64,000 nucleotides of DNA from Anolis carolinensis (Eukaryota), in the NCBI RefSeq assembly GCF_035594765.1, contig NC_085841.1, positions 247,400,689 through 247,464,688 of the forward strand, in the 5' to 3' direction. The position numbers were made by a program, and so were the translations under genes. Below the pieces are notes generated by a model. It had not been told where the DNA came from. It worked only from the letters and a program-made list of their open reading frames with translations, and made no database searches. Positions 51,946-64,000 of this stretch are shown one piece after another (position 1 is the stretch's first letter; the number at the start of each line of letters is the position of its first letter).

Positions 51946-52365
51946 TAAGAACTTTAAATTTAAAGAGTCCAGTAACAAAGCATTTCTCTGTTGACCGAAT
52001 TTGGGGTAAGTCTTTAGTTTTTCAAACATACAGACACTATTGATGAAATCTTCAAAGCAATTTTTGTCTATTGTTGTATTTTGCCCTCGTTATTTAAGCT
52101 CTTTTTGTATTATATTTGTGTTTAATGCAATAAAATTGGTGCTATCTGAATAAAAGATAACATTTTATTAGGGGAAAATTGTGAATGATTTTGATATTTA
52201 AAATGCATCCGAAATTGCATATTGATAACCCAAAGCTGGTTGTGTCTGAACCAGCTTTATATCTTTATACTGAATTGTTTAGAGGGTACAGCCTTCTCTG
52301 TAATTACTGTTATGTGCTGTCCTGTTACCTTGGGCACTACATAAAACATTTGTTTCCTTTTTCAG

Positions 52366-52522
52366 GCAGATATTTGTGTTCCTCGTTTGAATGAAGGAGA
52401 CCAGGTTGTACTGATCAATGGCAGAGATATATCAGAACATACCCATGATCAGGTTGTCATGTTTATTAAAGCTAGCTGTGAACGGCACTCCGGTGAACTT
52501 GTACTCCTAGTTCGGCCCAATG
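52366..52522 (+). CDS. PTPN4: PTPN4 exon [53 protein letters not shown](A)
   Basis: TTTCAG acceptor, GTGAGT donor; 157 nt; PDZ C-terminal half. Confidence 0.96.
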
Positions 52523-55500
52523 GTGAGTAATCTTATCTGTGTAAACCATCTCTTCTTCCCTCAACCTCAAATGTTACAGTATGTTTCCGTCTGAATCACT
52601 CTTCTTTTCTCATTATCCTAGACATAGGGTGTTTTACATAATTGCAGTTTAAAATACAGTCAGTCTGCAAGTTACAAACATCCATTTTCAAGCAACTCAT
52701 AGTTAAGAACGGGGGTGGGACAACAGAAAGTGAGAGAAATTACTCTGGGAAGGTAATTCCAGTCCTGGAAGAGTTATCGTTGGGAAAAGGAGTCTCCACT
52801 GAAGTTTTCTCACCAATCCTTGTTTCCCAATAAGACATATTTTCAAAATCCAATTTTCACAGGGACAGAAAGTGAGGTGAAATCTTCTGAACAGGGGCAC
52901 AGACAGCAAAACAAACACTACTGGGGTGTTAACCCTTCCTTATGTTCCACTATCCAAAGCTAATATATATAAATTTGCATATATGTATAATATATGTGTA
53001 TTTTTTTTGTCCAAGCTAGACGGTAACATTTATCTTGTTTGTTTTAAAAACCCCACACAACACTCTAGTAATATTGTAGCAAAATTGGTTTGTTTTTAGT
53101 GTACCACAAAATTGTTTAGTTAACTCCTGCTCTGGAAATAGTTACTTTTGTAATGTTCTTGATTTTTGCTGAGATGGGTGTCTGAAACACAGTCTGGAAC
53201 TTTGTCTGCACACAATAGCTAACTAATATTATTTAGCTTGTTACAGTAGTGATCTTCCATAGTGATCTTTTGTTGGATTCGGTTTTACAAATGCTCAGAG
53301 CAACCCAAGGAATTCAGTGAGATTGACACATCTGCTGGGCAGACATAGCAATACAGAAGAATAGTAACCTAATTAGCAATTAATTATCTAAAAGAACTTT
53401 CTCCAGACAAGTAAGAGAGCATATGGCGGATTGCTTAGAAGTGCTCAAGATCACTGCTCCTCATGAGGAAGCTACTAATTATTGGCAAGTGTGAGCAGCA
53501 TGGAGTTGGCAGGAGAAACATCAAAACACTTAGAATGAGTGAGGCCTTTGAAGGGGTGCAGAACAAAATTGGGAGGGCTGTTTATGGTCTGGTTTCCTCC
53601 ATCTTGGTGTAATCTCACAGATTATTTCCTAGTCAGGCACTTTCCCGGTCAGTGTTCATTAGTGTAGTATTCACTGTCTCATATACTCTCCTTTCTTATT
53701 GTGTTGCCTATTTTTGCAGTAAAAAGAACATTTCTCAAATTTCTTGAACTCATTTCCAGAATCATTCACCACAGGGGGCTTAGTCTTAATTCCAGATCAT
53801 TATTGAAGAAGTTAAGTGGAATCAGTCCCAATATTTCCCCACTGTTTATTTCCCTCCACTGTGTATTTTCTGTTGCTTTATTCAGCTTGGTTGTTCAATC
53901 AATTATCAGTTCGCAAAAGTAATTTTCTTCTTATGCAGTGATTTACAGTTTTATCACAGAGACATTGGGTCAGTGAATTCATTAAAAAATCTGAAAAAGT
54001 CTGTAACAATCCTTTTACAAAATTATTTAATATAATTTCTGTCACATCAAACAATTATAAAAGCTTATTAACACAAGACTTTCTTTTTCAGAAGTACATA
54101 TTCTTGTCACCAGAATTTGTTCTTCTACATTACTAATAATTCTTCTGTTAATATATTATTCATCTAGTTTATCTGAGACAGAGTAGATTAATCTAGCCAT
54201 ATCTTCCAGTGCTCTGGTATGGATGCCGGCTTCTTTTCTTACTTGAATTCCATAAAAGCTCTTGTGCCTCTCATACTCAGAGACTTGCTTCTGTTTTATT
54301 TTTTCAGTTACCACTGTAGGTTGCCACCTTTTGTTTGACATTGTTCTCTAGGTGTTCCCTCCCCCCATGATGTCAGTGTGTCCACACTGAAGGCCAGTAT
54401 TCATAGAATCATAGTTGAAAAAGAATACCTTCTCTTCCAAATTTCCCAAGTCTTACATATTTGATACTTTTGTTTTCATGTGTTTTAAGGTAGAGACAGT
54501 ATAGTTCAGTGAACTTAATTGAACTTGCTTCATTGTACTTACATACATACAGAGCAAATATCTATTTTTCTCTTTCTTGTTGGTGCATCAGTTTATGTTT
54601 CTCATTAGAATAGGTGTACTGTATATGTTACCTTTTACCTGACAAGTTGGTATGTAACAGTTGCATTGTTTTGACATGTTGTTAGTAAACTGAGATATTT
54701 AATTTTGGTTCACTGTCCAAGAATAACATCAGAAACCATCCAGCAGGAAGGTATAACATGAAATAAAAGGACAAAAATTGACTGCTGAAATTGTTTTACC
54801 TCATTCAAAAGGCAAGAGATGTTATCCAGATGTTTAGAAATATGTGTGTTTTAACTTCACCACTTCTATTGTATTGCAGTCATAGAAAATAAATTGGGTA
54901 GGTGTTCTGATTTAACTTCCCAAACTGTGTTGATTGCAGTATTAATTTCCACCCCCATACTTATTGCAGTTTCATTTTAGTTCCAAGCATTGGTAATAAA
55001 ACGTGTTTGTGTTCCACAAACACTGTCTGGCACTTATGTGTATAACACATGTTGTTTCCAGGCAGGAAGTGTACGTGGGGTAATGGTTAAGAGATACCAG
55101 CACGCATTCTAGTAAAAATTAGGCCTCTTGTGTCCTTGATTAACCTGCTCAGTTCCAAGTAATAAAACTGCACGAAGGGGAGAGAGATAGGTTTTTTTTT
55201 GCTTTGCTCTTTTATAAATTGAATTTAGGTTGATATGTAGAATCCAACTGTGATTGTCTACCAGCAGAATAGATGCTGCTGGAGAAAAAGATTCCCCAAA
55301 TACAGAGATATTCAATCTTTAGTCCTCCAGATGTTTTGATCTATTATAAAAGATTGGCAGACATTGTTCGGCTGATTTTGGAAGCAAGGTGAAGTGAAGG
55401 GTCAGGAGAAGAAAAAGAAGCATAACACTGAATAGCAATCAACTTTTGCCATCAGCAGGCCATACTACCTTAAAAACAAATGAGTTTTTATACAGTATAC

Positions 55501-56378
55501 AATTCCAGTTTAGGATTTCAGATACTTCATACTATCCCTCCCCCTGCACCCTCCTTCAGATGGTTTTCTGCTTCTGTCAGTTCTGGATTATTTTGTGAAG
55601 TGTCACCTCCTTAGGATTTACCCAAACTTTTTTTTCTATTTCTGTATATTTGGGGATTTCTCTGGAGATGCTGATACTACCTTTTGTTTGTAGGTAGCAT
55701 CATTTTGCCTTCTTAATGCCCAGCAGTCAAAACTCATATCTCTGCTATTGTATGTAATGATTTGTTCACTATATGTAATTTTATCAACATTTTTGTGACT
55801 GATGTATTGATTTTGGAAAGTTTCTCAGTGTTCTGGTTGTTCTTAATGAAAATACTTTTGTCATGATGCACTATCACATCAGTGAGAAGGAAAATCAAAA
55901 AATTGTTTTGCAGAAATGCTTCCAACATGGTCTTTCGGATGTTTGGAGAGCACTTCCACCATGTTTGGAGGCCGCCTGGACCTTCCAGGGATTTAAAAAT
56001 CCCAAGTCTTTTCACAACAATGTTTTTGGCTCAAAATGGATTTGTAAGGGGTTTTCATCACATGAGGAGGGGGGTACTGACTAAAGGAGAGACATTATTT
56101 GAAAGTGAAGAGGAAGTAGCTCCATCTCATGTCCTCCTTTGGGCCTGAAATGGTTTAGGAAAGCCCCAAAACATGGTAAAATCACACCCAATATTCCCTA
56201 GAGAACATTTGGGGGGGAAATGCTGATTCTTTTTTCTTTTTTTTAACCAGAGCAAATGCTGCCCTCATAGATCTCCTGGAGGCTAATACAGTTCCTTTGC
56301 CTTCTGCAATTGCCAAACTCTACTTCATGTGTTGTTTAAGGGGTATGATTCTACATAGTTGGAGAAATAACTGATATA

Positions 56379-56927
56379 CCCATATTTACTCGAGTCTAAT
56401 GCGCCATCAAATCTAGCACATACCTCAATGTTCAGAACCCCAAAACCAAAAAAAAATTGCTGTCGAATGTAACACTCTGCGGCAAAAAAAGTGTAATTTG
56501 TAATTTGGCCAAAAAATATGCATTACTGTGCTTAGAATTCCTTCATTATAAACAATTGTGTTAGAACACCAGTGCTTCCAGCAACAGAAAATAAAACTTT
56601 AGGGTGCATCTATGCTGTAGAATGAATCTACTTGAATTGCCTTGGTTCAATGCTATGGGCTGTATGTTGACAAGGTCTTGAGCCTTCTCTGCCAAAGAAT
56701 GTTGAGGCCTCACCAGACTACTAATCCCAGGATTGTATAGCATTGAGCTGTGGCCATTTAATTAGAGATGACGTCCCTCAAAGAGGAGCTCCGGGAACTG
56801 AAGTAGTTCCCCCTTTTGCTTTGGCTCAACACTAAGATTACTGTATTACACAAATCTAACATGCACCCTAATTTTGGCAAGATCATTTAAATAAAAAAAG
56901 ATGAGCATTAGATTTGAGTAAATATGG
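56379..56927. mobile_element. Tc2-like MITE containing a partial palindromic MITE (56602-56760)
   Basis: TIRs CCATATTTACTCGAGTCTAATGC / GCATTAGATTTGAGTAAATATGG with TA flanks. Confidence 0.7.
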
Positions 56928-57371
56928 TATATGAAACTGACCTTAGTTCTGTATATTTTAATTGGCTCACTGGATTATTAGTCTTACTAAATACATTTTA
57001 CAATATCCTCTTAAAGATAATATTAATTTAGTGATGCAAATATCCGTGCTTTGAACTATTTGGAAGCCTGTAGTCCTGCAAAGGTACCATCAGCACTGAT
57101 CTCCTATTTATGCAGAATTATGCCCATTAAATTCTAGTTGAAAATCCCTTAGATACTTTCAGCCTTAATCTTGCCTGCAATAATTGCAGTGTTGATCTAT
57201 TATGCTATTCTATAATCATCTGTGTTTAAAAGAAAATATAAAGGCTTTTGTTTACAAAGAACATAATATATATTTTTGGTATAATATGGATGAATTTTCA
57301 CTACAGCAGCTCATTACGATTGTGCAGTTTCCCCCCTTTTTACTAATCGTACTACTTCTTGTTTATTGTAG

Positions 57372-57538
57372 CTGTTTATGATGTGGTGGAAGAGAAGCTG
57401 GAGAGTGAGCCAGACTTTCAGTATATCCCTGAAAAGTTGCCACATGATGGAGTCCACCAAGATGACAATGCTCTGAGGGAATCAATGTTTCAGCTGGCGC
57501 AGGGGCTTATTACTGGGACTGTCCTGGCTCAGTTCGAT
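57372..57538 (+). CDS. PTPN4: PTPN4 exon R VYDVVEEKLESEPDFQYIPEKLPHDGVHQDDNALRESMFQLAQGLITGTVLAQFD
   Basis: TGTAG acceptor, GTAAGT donor; 167 nt; PDZ-PTP linker. Confidence 0.96.
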
Positions 57539-58097
57539 GTAAGTGAGGAATTTCCTGAAGACCATGTCCATCTCTGTATGCTTTTTAGATGAGAATTCTA
57601 TACATAGAGTTGTAAAATAGTCTGTGACAAGATCAGTTATTTTATTTGGAGCAGGAAAGTAGTTTGCATTTTCCTCACTCTCTGTGTGCTCTTGTTAGAT
57701 CACTTTAAAACCAGTGCTTTTTATCAAATATTTTTAAAATATTCATCTTAAATTATCAACAGTAAACCTGCTCTTAGATGTCTTGTGCCTAGATATTACA
57801 GGTGTCTTAATTGACTGAGTAACCGAGCCTCAGTATCGGTACCTTCAGCCAATAATGGGAACACCAACAGTAAAGTAGAACATGTCCAGGCTTCTTACCT
57901 GGAGTAGAGTCATGCATGAAGATACTGCTGAATGTATGTTTAGAACTGATGCCCCATATGATATCACACATTAATGAGCTGCCCTCACCCAGTTAATATG
58001 CTGCTGCTGTTCTGCTTGTATAGGGCACTTTCAGATTATTTCTCATCTTTTGCTTGTTACTATGTGACATGTTCCCCCCCCCCCCCCCCCGTTTTAG

Positions 58098-58188
58098 CAA
58101 CTTTATAGGAAGAAGCCTGGGATGACAATGTCTTGTGCCAAATTACCTCAAAATCTTTCCAAAAATAGATACAGAGACATTTCGCCTT
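58098..58188 (+). CDS. PTPN4: PTPN4 exon [31 protein letters not shown](Y)
   Basis: Poly-C tract + TTTTAG acceptor, GTAAGT donor; 91 nt; KNRY pTyr-recognition loop. Confidence 0.97.
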
Positions 58189-58279
58189 GTAAGTATTTTA
58201 TGTCTTTAAGTTAATACAATTCATTCAATGTTCCCATTTTAAAAATTAACAGGTGTTTTAATCATTTTTTTATTTTTAG

Positions 58280-58341
58280 ATGATGCTACACGGGTCATTT
58301 TAAAGAGTAATGATGATTACATCAATGCAAATTATATAAAT
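58280..58341 (+). CDS. PTPN4: PTPN4 exon T DATRVILKSNDDYINANYIN
   Basis: TTTTAG acceptor after a 91-nt intron, GTGAGT donor; 62 nt; DYINA motif. Confidence 0.97.
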
Positions 58342-58855
58342 GTGAGTTGGTGATTACCGTTTTCTTTCATGTTAATTTTGTGTTGTGTAGTTGGGGATAA
58401 AATAGCATGGCCTTATAGATTTAAAAGGAAACATAAATGTATTCAGTGTCCTGTAGTTTATTAGCAAGTTGCTCTAGATATAATACAGAGTGAAAAAGTT
58501 TGCAAATGCAGCTTTATACATTTGTCTTGGACAGAGAAAGGAGCAGTGACAATCTATTCGCCAGTAAAAATGTTTGGGTGCTTCTCTGTTAAAAATAGTG
58601 AGAGGGTCAAATTACTTACAAGTGACTCCAAACACAGAAGATTTAAAATTACAAGTTATAAAGATTACTTTTTTCTGGAGTTATAAGAAGAAATTATCTT
58701 GACGTTTTACTGTAACCTTGGGCAGTTAGTTGTTCATTTTTCAAAGTTAACAGTAGACTATCAAAGAATCACAGTTAAAGGTAAACTACCTATTCTTCCC
58801 CAAAATTACCGTATATTATGAAATTGCTAAATACATCCTATTTATTTATTTTTAG

Positions 58856-59002
58856 ATGGAAATCCCTTCTTCCAGTATAATAAATAAATACATTGCTTGC
58901 CAAGGTCCTTTACCCAATACGTGTCCCGATTTTTGGCAGATGACTTGGGAGCAAGGTTCATCCATGGTGGTTATGTTAACCACACAAGTGGAACGAGGCA
59001 GA
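58856..59002 (+). CDS. PTPN4: PTPN4 exon [50 protein letters not shown]
   Basis: TTTTAG acceptor, GTAAGT donor; 147 nt; YIAxQGP and DFWxM motifs. Confidence 0.97.
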
Positions 59003-60173
59003 GTAAGTTAATGTACAGTTTTAACTATTAAAACAAATAGCAAATCCAATGCAAATGGTTTCATTATACCAGTCTGTTTGTATTCCTGTATTCTGAAAAT
59101 GTTTATTAAAATGAATATGTTTATACACAGCTTTTCTACTAAGACAAGTTAGAAACTTGGGAACACTGAAAATAACAAACAAAAAAGTTACAAATTGTAG
59201 TTCTTTCATGTTGGTGGTCTCTTCAGCATCTGATGCCGTAAATTCCCATGCATCCATACACCTGTCATTTCTCAGGTCACGCAATCTTAAATAAAATAAT
59301 TGATAATAATGGAAGGCAGTGCTGATCTGTGTTTTCTCGGTCCAAATGATTTTTCTTTTGGAATTTAGTAGCACAAGCAACCCTATAACACCTGCCCCTG
59401 AGCATTTTCATCGGTTTTCTCCAAATGCATCCTTTTAAGCCTACCCACACACTGTTTTAGAAGGCCTTCCGTCCTCTGAAACATATTTTTGTTAGGAGCA
59501 TACTGCAAATGGATTCAAAGACACACAAAAGGTCCATTGAGCAACAGTGAGGTGCTTGACAGATATCGGTTCCTGCTCCTCTTTCTCCACATATCCTCCA
59601 TCTCAAGGCTGTTGCCGCCAGTTCCATGGCAAACATGCCCTGCCCCTTGGTATCTCTCAGCCTCCTTCGGGGGGAGAGAGTACCGCCCGTGGGTTAGCTC
59701 CTCTGGCTGCAAGCGCGCGGTAAATACAGATTTAATGAATCACACTTACGACCCACAAATAATTTTTTGCAAAGCCCTACTAGATATATCATAATTCAAA
59801 ATCAATGTAAAATCTAATCTTCGGAAAACAAAAGCAGATTCATATATCAATGCAACACTGAAAACCCTAAATAAGTTTTATCAGTTTTTAAAATCTGGTT
59901 TGATTACTTCTGCCAAAGTAATGTACCTTTAGTCCTTTCTCTGCTAAAACAGTCTAAAACACAGAGGAGGCCTGGGTTGTTCTCATACATAAAGTCTACT
60001 TTTTATGTAGAAATACTTTGTGATTAAATATATTAATGTATTTGATTTTTTAAAATATTTATGTGTTTATGTATTCATTTATTTTATATTCCATTATGTG
60101 ATCAAAAGCAGATAATAATGTCACTTCAGAGAACATACCGATATTTCTTCCAAAAGGATCTGAGGATTTAGAG

Positions 60174-60309
60174 TGGTGGTTCTCAACCTATGGACCCCCA
60201 GATGTTTTATCCTTTAACTCCCAAAAATCCTAACAGTTGGTAAACTGACTGGGATTTCTGGGAGTTGTTAGCCAAAACACCTGGGGACTCTACAGATTGA
60301 GAACCACTG
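60174..60309. mobile_element. 136-bp palindromic hAT MITE
   Basis: TIRs (T)GGTGGTTCTCAAC / TTGAGAACCACTG; perfect TSD ATTTAGAG (60166-60173, 60310-60317). Confidence 0.85.
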
Positions 60310-60699
60310 ATTTAGAGGAAAGATTCAGTTGTGCAGTGTTTATATCATACTCTGCAAAAGATGCGATCTGAATAATAAACATGAAGAAAAAAGGAAGAAA
60401 AGGTAGGAAAAATACATATAACTAAAACACAGTAGGGCTCTGCCCTCTCATCCTGACTGTAACAAAAAATAAAAAGAGGTGATTTTACTATTACAGATCC
60501 TGCTAAATAATGCTACTGAAATTACTAGTTAACTATAACCACAGATCATTGCATCATTAGACTTATGCTCAAATGATTGCAGTCTTTCAAATAATCTTCA
60601 GTTGGTTTATAATTTGGGGGTGGGGGGGAACGGACAGATATTTTTGTAACCCAAATACAAAAGTCACCCGAGGGAATTGTGGCTTTCTTTGTTCTATAT

Positions 60700-61062
60700 C
60701 GGGGTCCTCAAACTTTTTTAAACTGAGGGCTGGTTTACGGTTTTTCAGACTGTTGGAAGGCCGGACTATAGATTGAAAAAACAAGAACAAATACGCTGCA
60801 CATATCTTATTTGTAGTGCAAAAGAAATGGAAAGAAAAATACAAGATTTAAAATGAAGAACAATTTTAACCAACATAAACTTACCAGTATTTCAATGTGA
60901 AGTGTGTGCCTGTTTTTAGCTGATGAAATATTTAGGTTAACTGGGACAGTTGTTGTTGTGTGTCTTCAAGTAATTTCAGACTGAAAGTGACCCTGAGTCT
61001 AAAGTTTAAGGCAGAAGCTGAGTAAACGACCTTGGAAAACCACATTAGTTTTGGGGGCCCTG
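60700..61062. mobile_element. Older hAT MITE related to 24847-25738
   Basis: CGGGGTCCTCAAACTTTTT ... AGTTTTGGGGGCCCTG; degenerate TSD TTCTATAT / TTCTAGAA. Confidence 0.7.
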
Positions 61063-61491
61063 TTCTAGAAAGTTTTGTACATGATGCAAACAAACCTTTG
61101 CTATGTAATTTTGATTGTGTTTATTGAGCTGTCACTCTGAAGCCGACTGAAAGAGCAATCCACTAGACAGGCGTAATCCCTTGTGTAAGGAGGCAGTGGT
61201 TAGGACAGTTTAGAAATCTAATAATTCCTGCCTTGATCAGATTGGCTTGAGGTGTTAACTCACATGTGGGGAAATTTTCCTTCACCTTTCCTAGAATGAC
61301 TGTTGCCAATGAATTTCAACCTTTCAATTAGTCATTTAGCTCCTCTTTAATATGGTTGTGCAATAAGTGATTTGTCTTGGTTTATAAAATGAATTCATGC
61401 TTTTTGCAGGAGTTTGAAGTCATTCTCAAGAAAATTAAAACAATAAATCAGTATGAAAACAGATAATTTTTTAAAATCCTATTGAATTTAG

Positions 61492-61620
61492 GTAAAATGC
61501 CATCAGTACTGGCCAGAGCCCAGTGGAAGCTCCTCATATGGAAATTTCCAGATCACTTGCCACTCAGAAGAAGGAAATCCAGCTTATGTCTTCAGAGAGA
61601 TGACGTTGTGTAACCTGGAG
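61492..61620 (+). CDS. PTPN4: PTPN4 exon V VKCHQYWPEPSGSSSYGNFQITCHSEEGNPAYVFREMTLCNLE
   Basis: TTTAG acceptor, GTGAGC donor; 129 nt; KCxxYWP motif. Confidence 0.96.
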
Positions 61621-61957
61621 GTGAGCTTATTTTGAAACTTGAACATTAAAAATGTTTTTCAGCAAAATTCTATTGCAGCAGTATTCATTTGCTATGCTTC
61701 CCAATAGAAATTGTCCATTGCATCATTATATCGTATTTTTATTCCAAAAAAAATGTTCAAAGTTTAGTCATCTTTCTAGGGTGAAAAAAAAACCTTTCTA
61801 GGGATGCTTGAAAACATCATCCAATATTGGATGATGAGGCCTGATGAATTAATCAGTGCTTCTTCAATGTTGTATGTTATTGTTTTATTTTAATTCCTGT
61901 TGTTAGCACCCTTTTATTCCATTTTGGAAGAAAAGCAAGATATCGAATAAATAAATA

Positions 61958-62901
61958 CTGTGAATACTAGTTTATAAGTCTAGAAAGCACAGTCAAAAAA
62001 GTGACCCAAAAAATCTGGGTGGACTTATCCACAGGCCAATGTAAGTACTATTTGTTAGTACTCGTCTCTGGAGTTGTGTGTCCAGCGCTCAAATCATCAC
62101 ACTATTCTGGTTCCTGCAAATCCTGTACCTTAACTCTTTATTTAAATAATTATTTCTCTAAGTAGAATCTGTCCTAGCAGAACCTAAAAGATGCACTGGT
62201 CCCTTCTACTCTCTCCACTGTGGCACCACTTTGGCCTTTTGAATGTCTGGGTGGGAAAATGGCAATGATGCCTTTTTGATGCTTCCCCTCAAATGAGTGC
62301 CAAAATAATATTGCTGGTCAGTGCTTATTTTAAGCTCTCCTGGGACAAAGTAAGCTAAAAGGATGGGCTCCTTTTTCTTTCAAATAATATTGTGCCTCAA
62401 CTTTTATAAAAAAAGAAACTATCCCCTTCTTTGAGTAAAATCGTGAAATACCTGGGTGGGAAAAAATGGCAGAGATCGAGGCTAGGGGCACCTGATTCCC
62501 TTGAGATATGGAGCCCCCGGTGGCACAGTGGGTTAAACCCTTGTGCCGGCAGGACTGATGACTTGAAGGTTGGGTTGCTGACCTGAAGGTTGCCGGTTCG
62601 AATCCAATCCGGGGAGAGCGCGGATGAGCTCCCTCTATCAGCTCCAGCTCAATGAGAGAAGCCTCCCACAAGGATGGTAAAAACATCAAACATCCGAGCA
62701 TCCCCTGGGCAACATCCTTGCCAATTCTCTCCCACTAGAAGTGACTTGTTTCTCAAGTTGCTCCTGACATGAAAGCAAAACCCCTGAGATGGTGCTAGTA
62801 CTTTCTTTGGTCCGTAAAATGACACTTGACTTACTCACAGGCCATATTAAAATCCACACACTCAACATATGTGAGGGTGAGTTTTGCAAGTGTATATATG
62901 G
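61958..62901. mobile_element. Degenerate Tc2-like element hosting a SINE
   Basis: Decayed TIRs TA|CTGTGAATACTAGTTTATAAGTC ... AGTGTATATATGG|TA; internal GACTTATCCACAGG repeat. Confidence 0.45.
62510..62780 (+). mobile_element. tRNA-derived SINE (AnolisSINE2-like)
   Basis: GGAGCCCCCGGTGGCACAGTGG A-box, GGTTCGAATCC B-box, CTCCTGACATGAAA end; homologous to 21306-21537. Confidence 0.85.
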
Positions 62902-63269
62902 TACTTTATTATATTCCACCACTTTCCCAACGCTGGTACTCGAAGTAGATTATATATGTATAATCAAACCAGTAGCAGTTTTTGGAATGAAGGTGAATAT
63001 AAGAAAAATGCAAGTTCTCTGCTGTTTTTATGCAGCAGTTGATTCTTAGCTAACTTGTTTGTGTCAACATATAAATGGAATACACTAAAATTGTGTATCA
63101 GTGCTCTTCATAGAGAGAAAAAAGCCTTTTACCTGATACAATAAAATTCTAAATCTTACCATATACAAATAACACACACACACATACTGATTTATCTCTT
63201 ACGTCTTTAGAATATACTTTTCTCAGGCTGTCTTAAATTTAGCCCTACTTTATGCATATCTATCTATCT

Positions 63270-63675
63270 ATTTATTTATTTATTTATTATTTGCTTCATT
63301 TGTATACTGCTTTTCTCTCCCCAACGAGAATTTAAAGCAGTTTCCAACATCATTATGGCAAAATTAAATGCCTTTAATACAGAGACCTAACACAATAATA
63401 GTAAAATACAATAATAAATTAAATATAAAAACAATGACATCATTTAACATTAAAACACAGAATTAAAAACATATCAATATAGCATTAAAATCACACAATC
63501 CAGCAATCATGGTCCAGGCCGTTCCAACTGTCATAGGTTGGAATCCTTGATCATTCATTGTATTGCTTACTGCACAAAAGCTTGGTCCCATAACCAGGTT
63601 TTTACTTTTTTCTAAAGGCCAGGAGGGAGGGGGCTGATCTAATTTCGTTGGGAGGGAGTTCCATAGCCGAGGAGC
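63270..63675 (-). mobile_element. Short 5'-truncated L2 LINE
   Basis: (TAAA)n tail at the left end; GGGAGGGAGTTCCATAGCCGAGGAGC matches the reverse L2 segment at 39143-39170. Confidence 0.75.
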
Positions 63676-63928
63676 CCATGGAATTGATCTTATAGCCCGA
63701 GGAGCATATAGCCCATGGAATTGATCTTATAAATTCATAGTGCATGCATCCATTTAATTCCCTGTTGCACTCCTCTTTGATAATTTAAAGCATCTTAACA
63801 CTGATTTTGTGAAAAGTAAACAGATATTTCAAGGAAAAAACTGATTTGGGTTTCATTTTGAGATTTAAACAGGTTATACCAATATATTGAAATATTCAGT
63901 TGTATATAATCACATTTTGTTTCACTAG

Positions 63929-64000
63929 CAAAATGAAGACCGTCAGCTCACTCAAATCCAGTATATCGCATGGCCTGATCATGGGGTCCCTGATGATTCC
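63929..64000 (+). CDS. PTPN4: PTPN4 exon W (partial) QNEDRQLTQIQYIAWPDHGVPDDS
   Basis: CACTAG acceptor; WPD loop; runs off the window end. Confidence 0.96.

Larger units (their letters stand above)
2061..64000 (+). other. PTPN4: PTPN4 gene body (partial; 23 coding exons, extends beyond both window ends)
   Basis: Spliced translation gives FERM domain, FERM-adjacent region, S/P-rich linker, PDZ (GRFGF loop) and PTP domain (KNRY, DYINA, QGP, KCxQYWP, WPDHGVP). It is colinear with recalled human PTPN4, and all intron phases match. Confidence 0.97.

Noticed and set aside
55003-55023. Perfect 9-bp hairpin GTGTTTGTG-TTC-CACAAACAC
   Set aside because: Short, low-complexity, and plausible by chance in 64 kb; too small for a miRNA precursor.
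58073-58090. Long poly-C run before exon S as a special element
   Set aside because: Functions as part of the polypyrimidine tract; homopolymer length is unstable and error-prone.
61486-61497. TTTAG|GTAAAA as a recursive splice site
   Set aside because: GT is simply the first codon (Val) of a conserved coding exon, and the flanking introns are short.
62510-62610. tRNA genes (A/B boxes here and at 21470-21537, 35133-35210, 48970-49052)
   Set aside because: These are SINE heads followed by SINE bodies and tails; no cloverleaf with an acceptor stem.
657-63049. Remaining short ORFs in the track as independent genes
   Set aside because: They are microsatellite translations (poly-I, poly-M, ER repeats), N-gap read-through, TE fragments, or extensions of real exons into introns. 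None shows a recognisable independent domain.

Overview
AT-rich vertebrate genomic DNA. The repeat content (Sauria SINE, AnolisSINE2-like SINEs, L2, RTE, hAT and Tc1/mariner MITEs, Helitrons) points to a squamate, most likely an Anolis lizard (inference). The whole window lies inside one + strand gene, PTPN4 (FERM-PDZ-PTP non-receptor tyrosine phosphatase). I traced 23 consecutive GT-AG coding exons (2061..64000; 2358 nt, 786 codons, phases consistent, no stops), equivalent to about human exons 3-25. The start codon and the catalytic HCSAGxGR exon lie outside the window. Introns are crowded with transposon remnants, several nested. Best second-look items: (1) a ~770 bp Penelope-like insertion at 22528-23297 with a 14-bp TSD, 159-bp inverted arms, an antisense 84-nt intron and a complete type I hammerhead ribozyme fold at 22744-22809 (minus strand); (2) a candidate frame-preserving 18-nt microexon at 37899-37916 in the FERM-adjacent region; (3) an exact 106-bp non-TE duplication flanking two exons; (4) a four-level nest L2 > Helitron > MITE > MITE, with a simpler sister Helitron in the same gene. 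Family names come from recognition of terminal motifs, not from database searches. Most ORFs in the supplied track are spurious or TE-derived.
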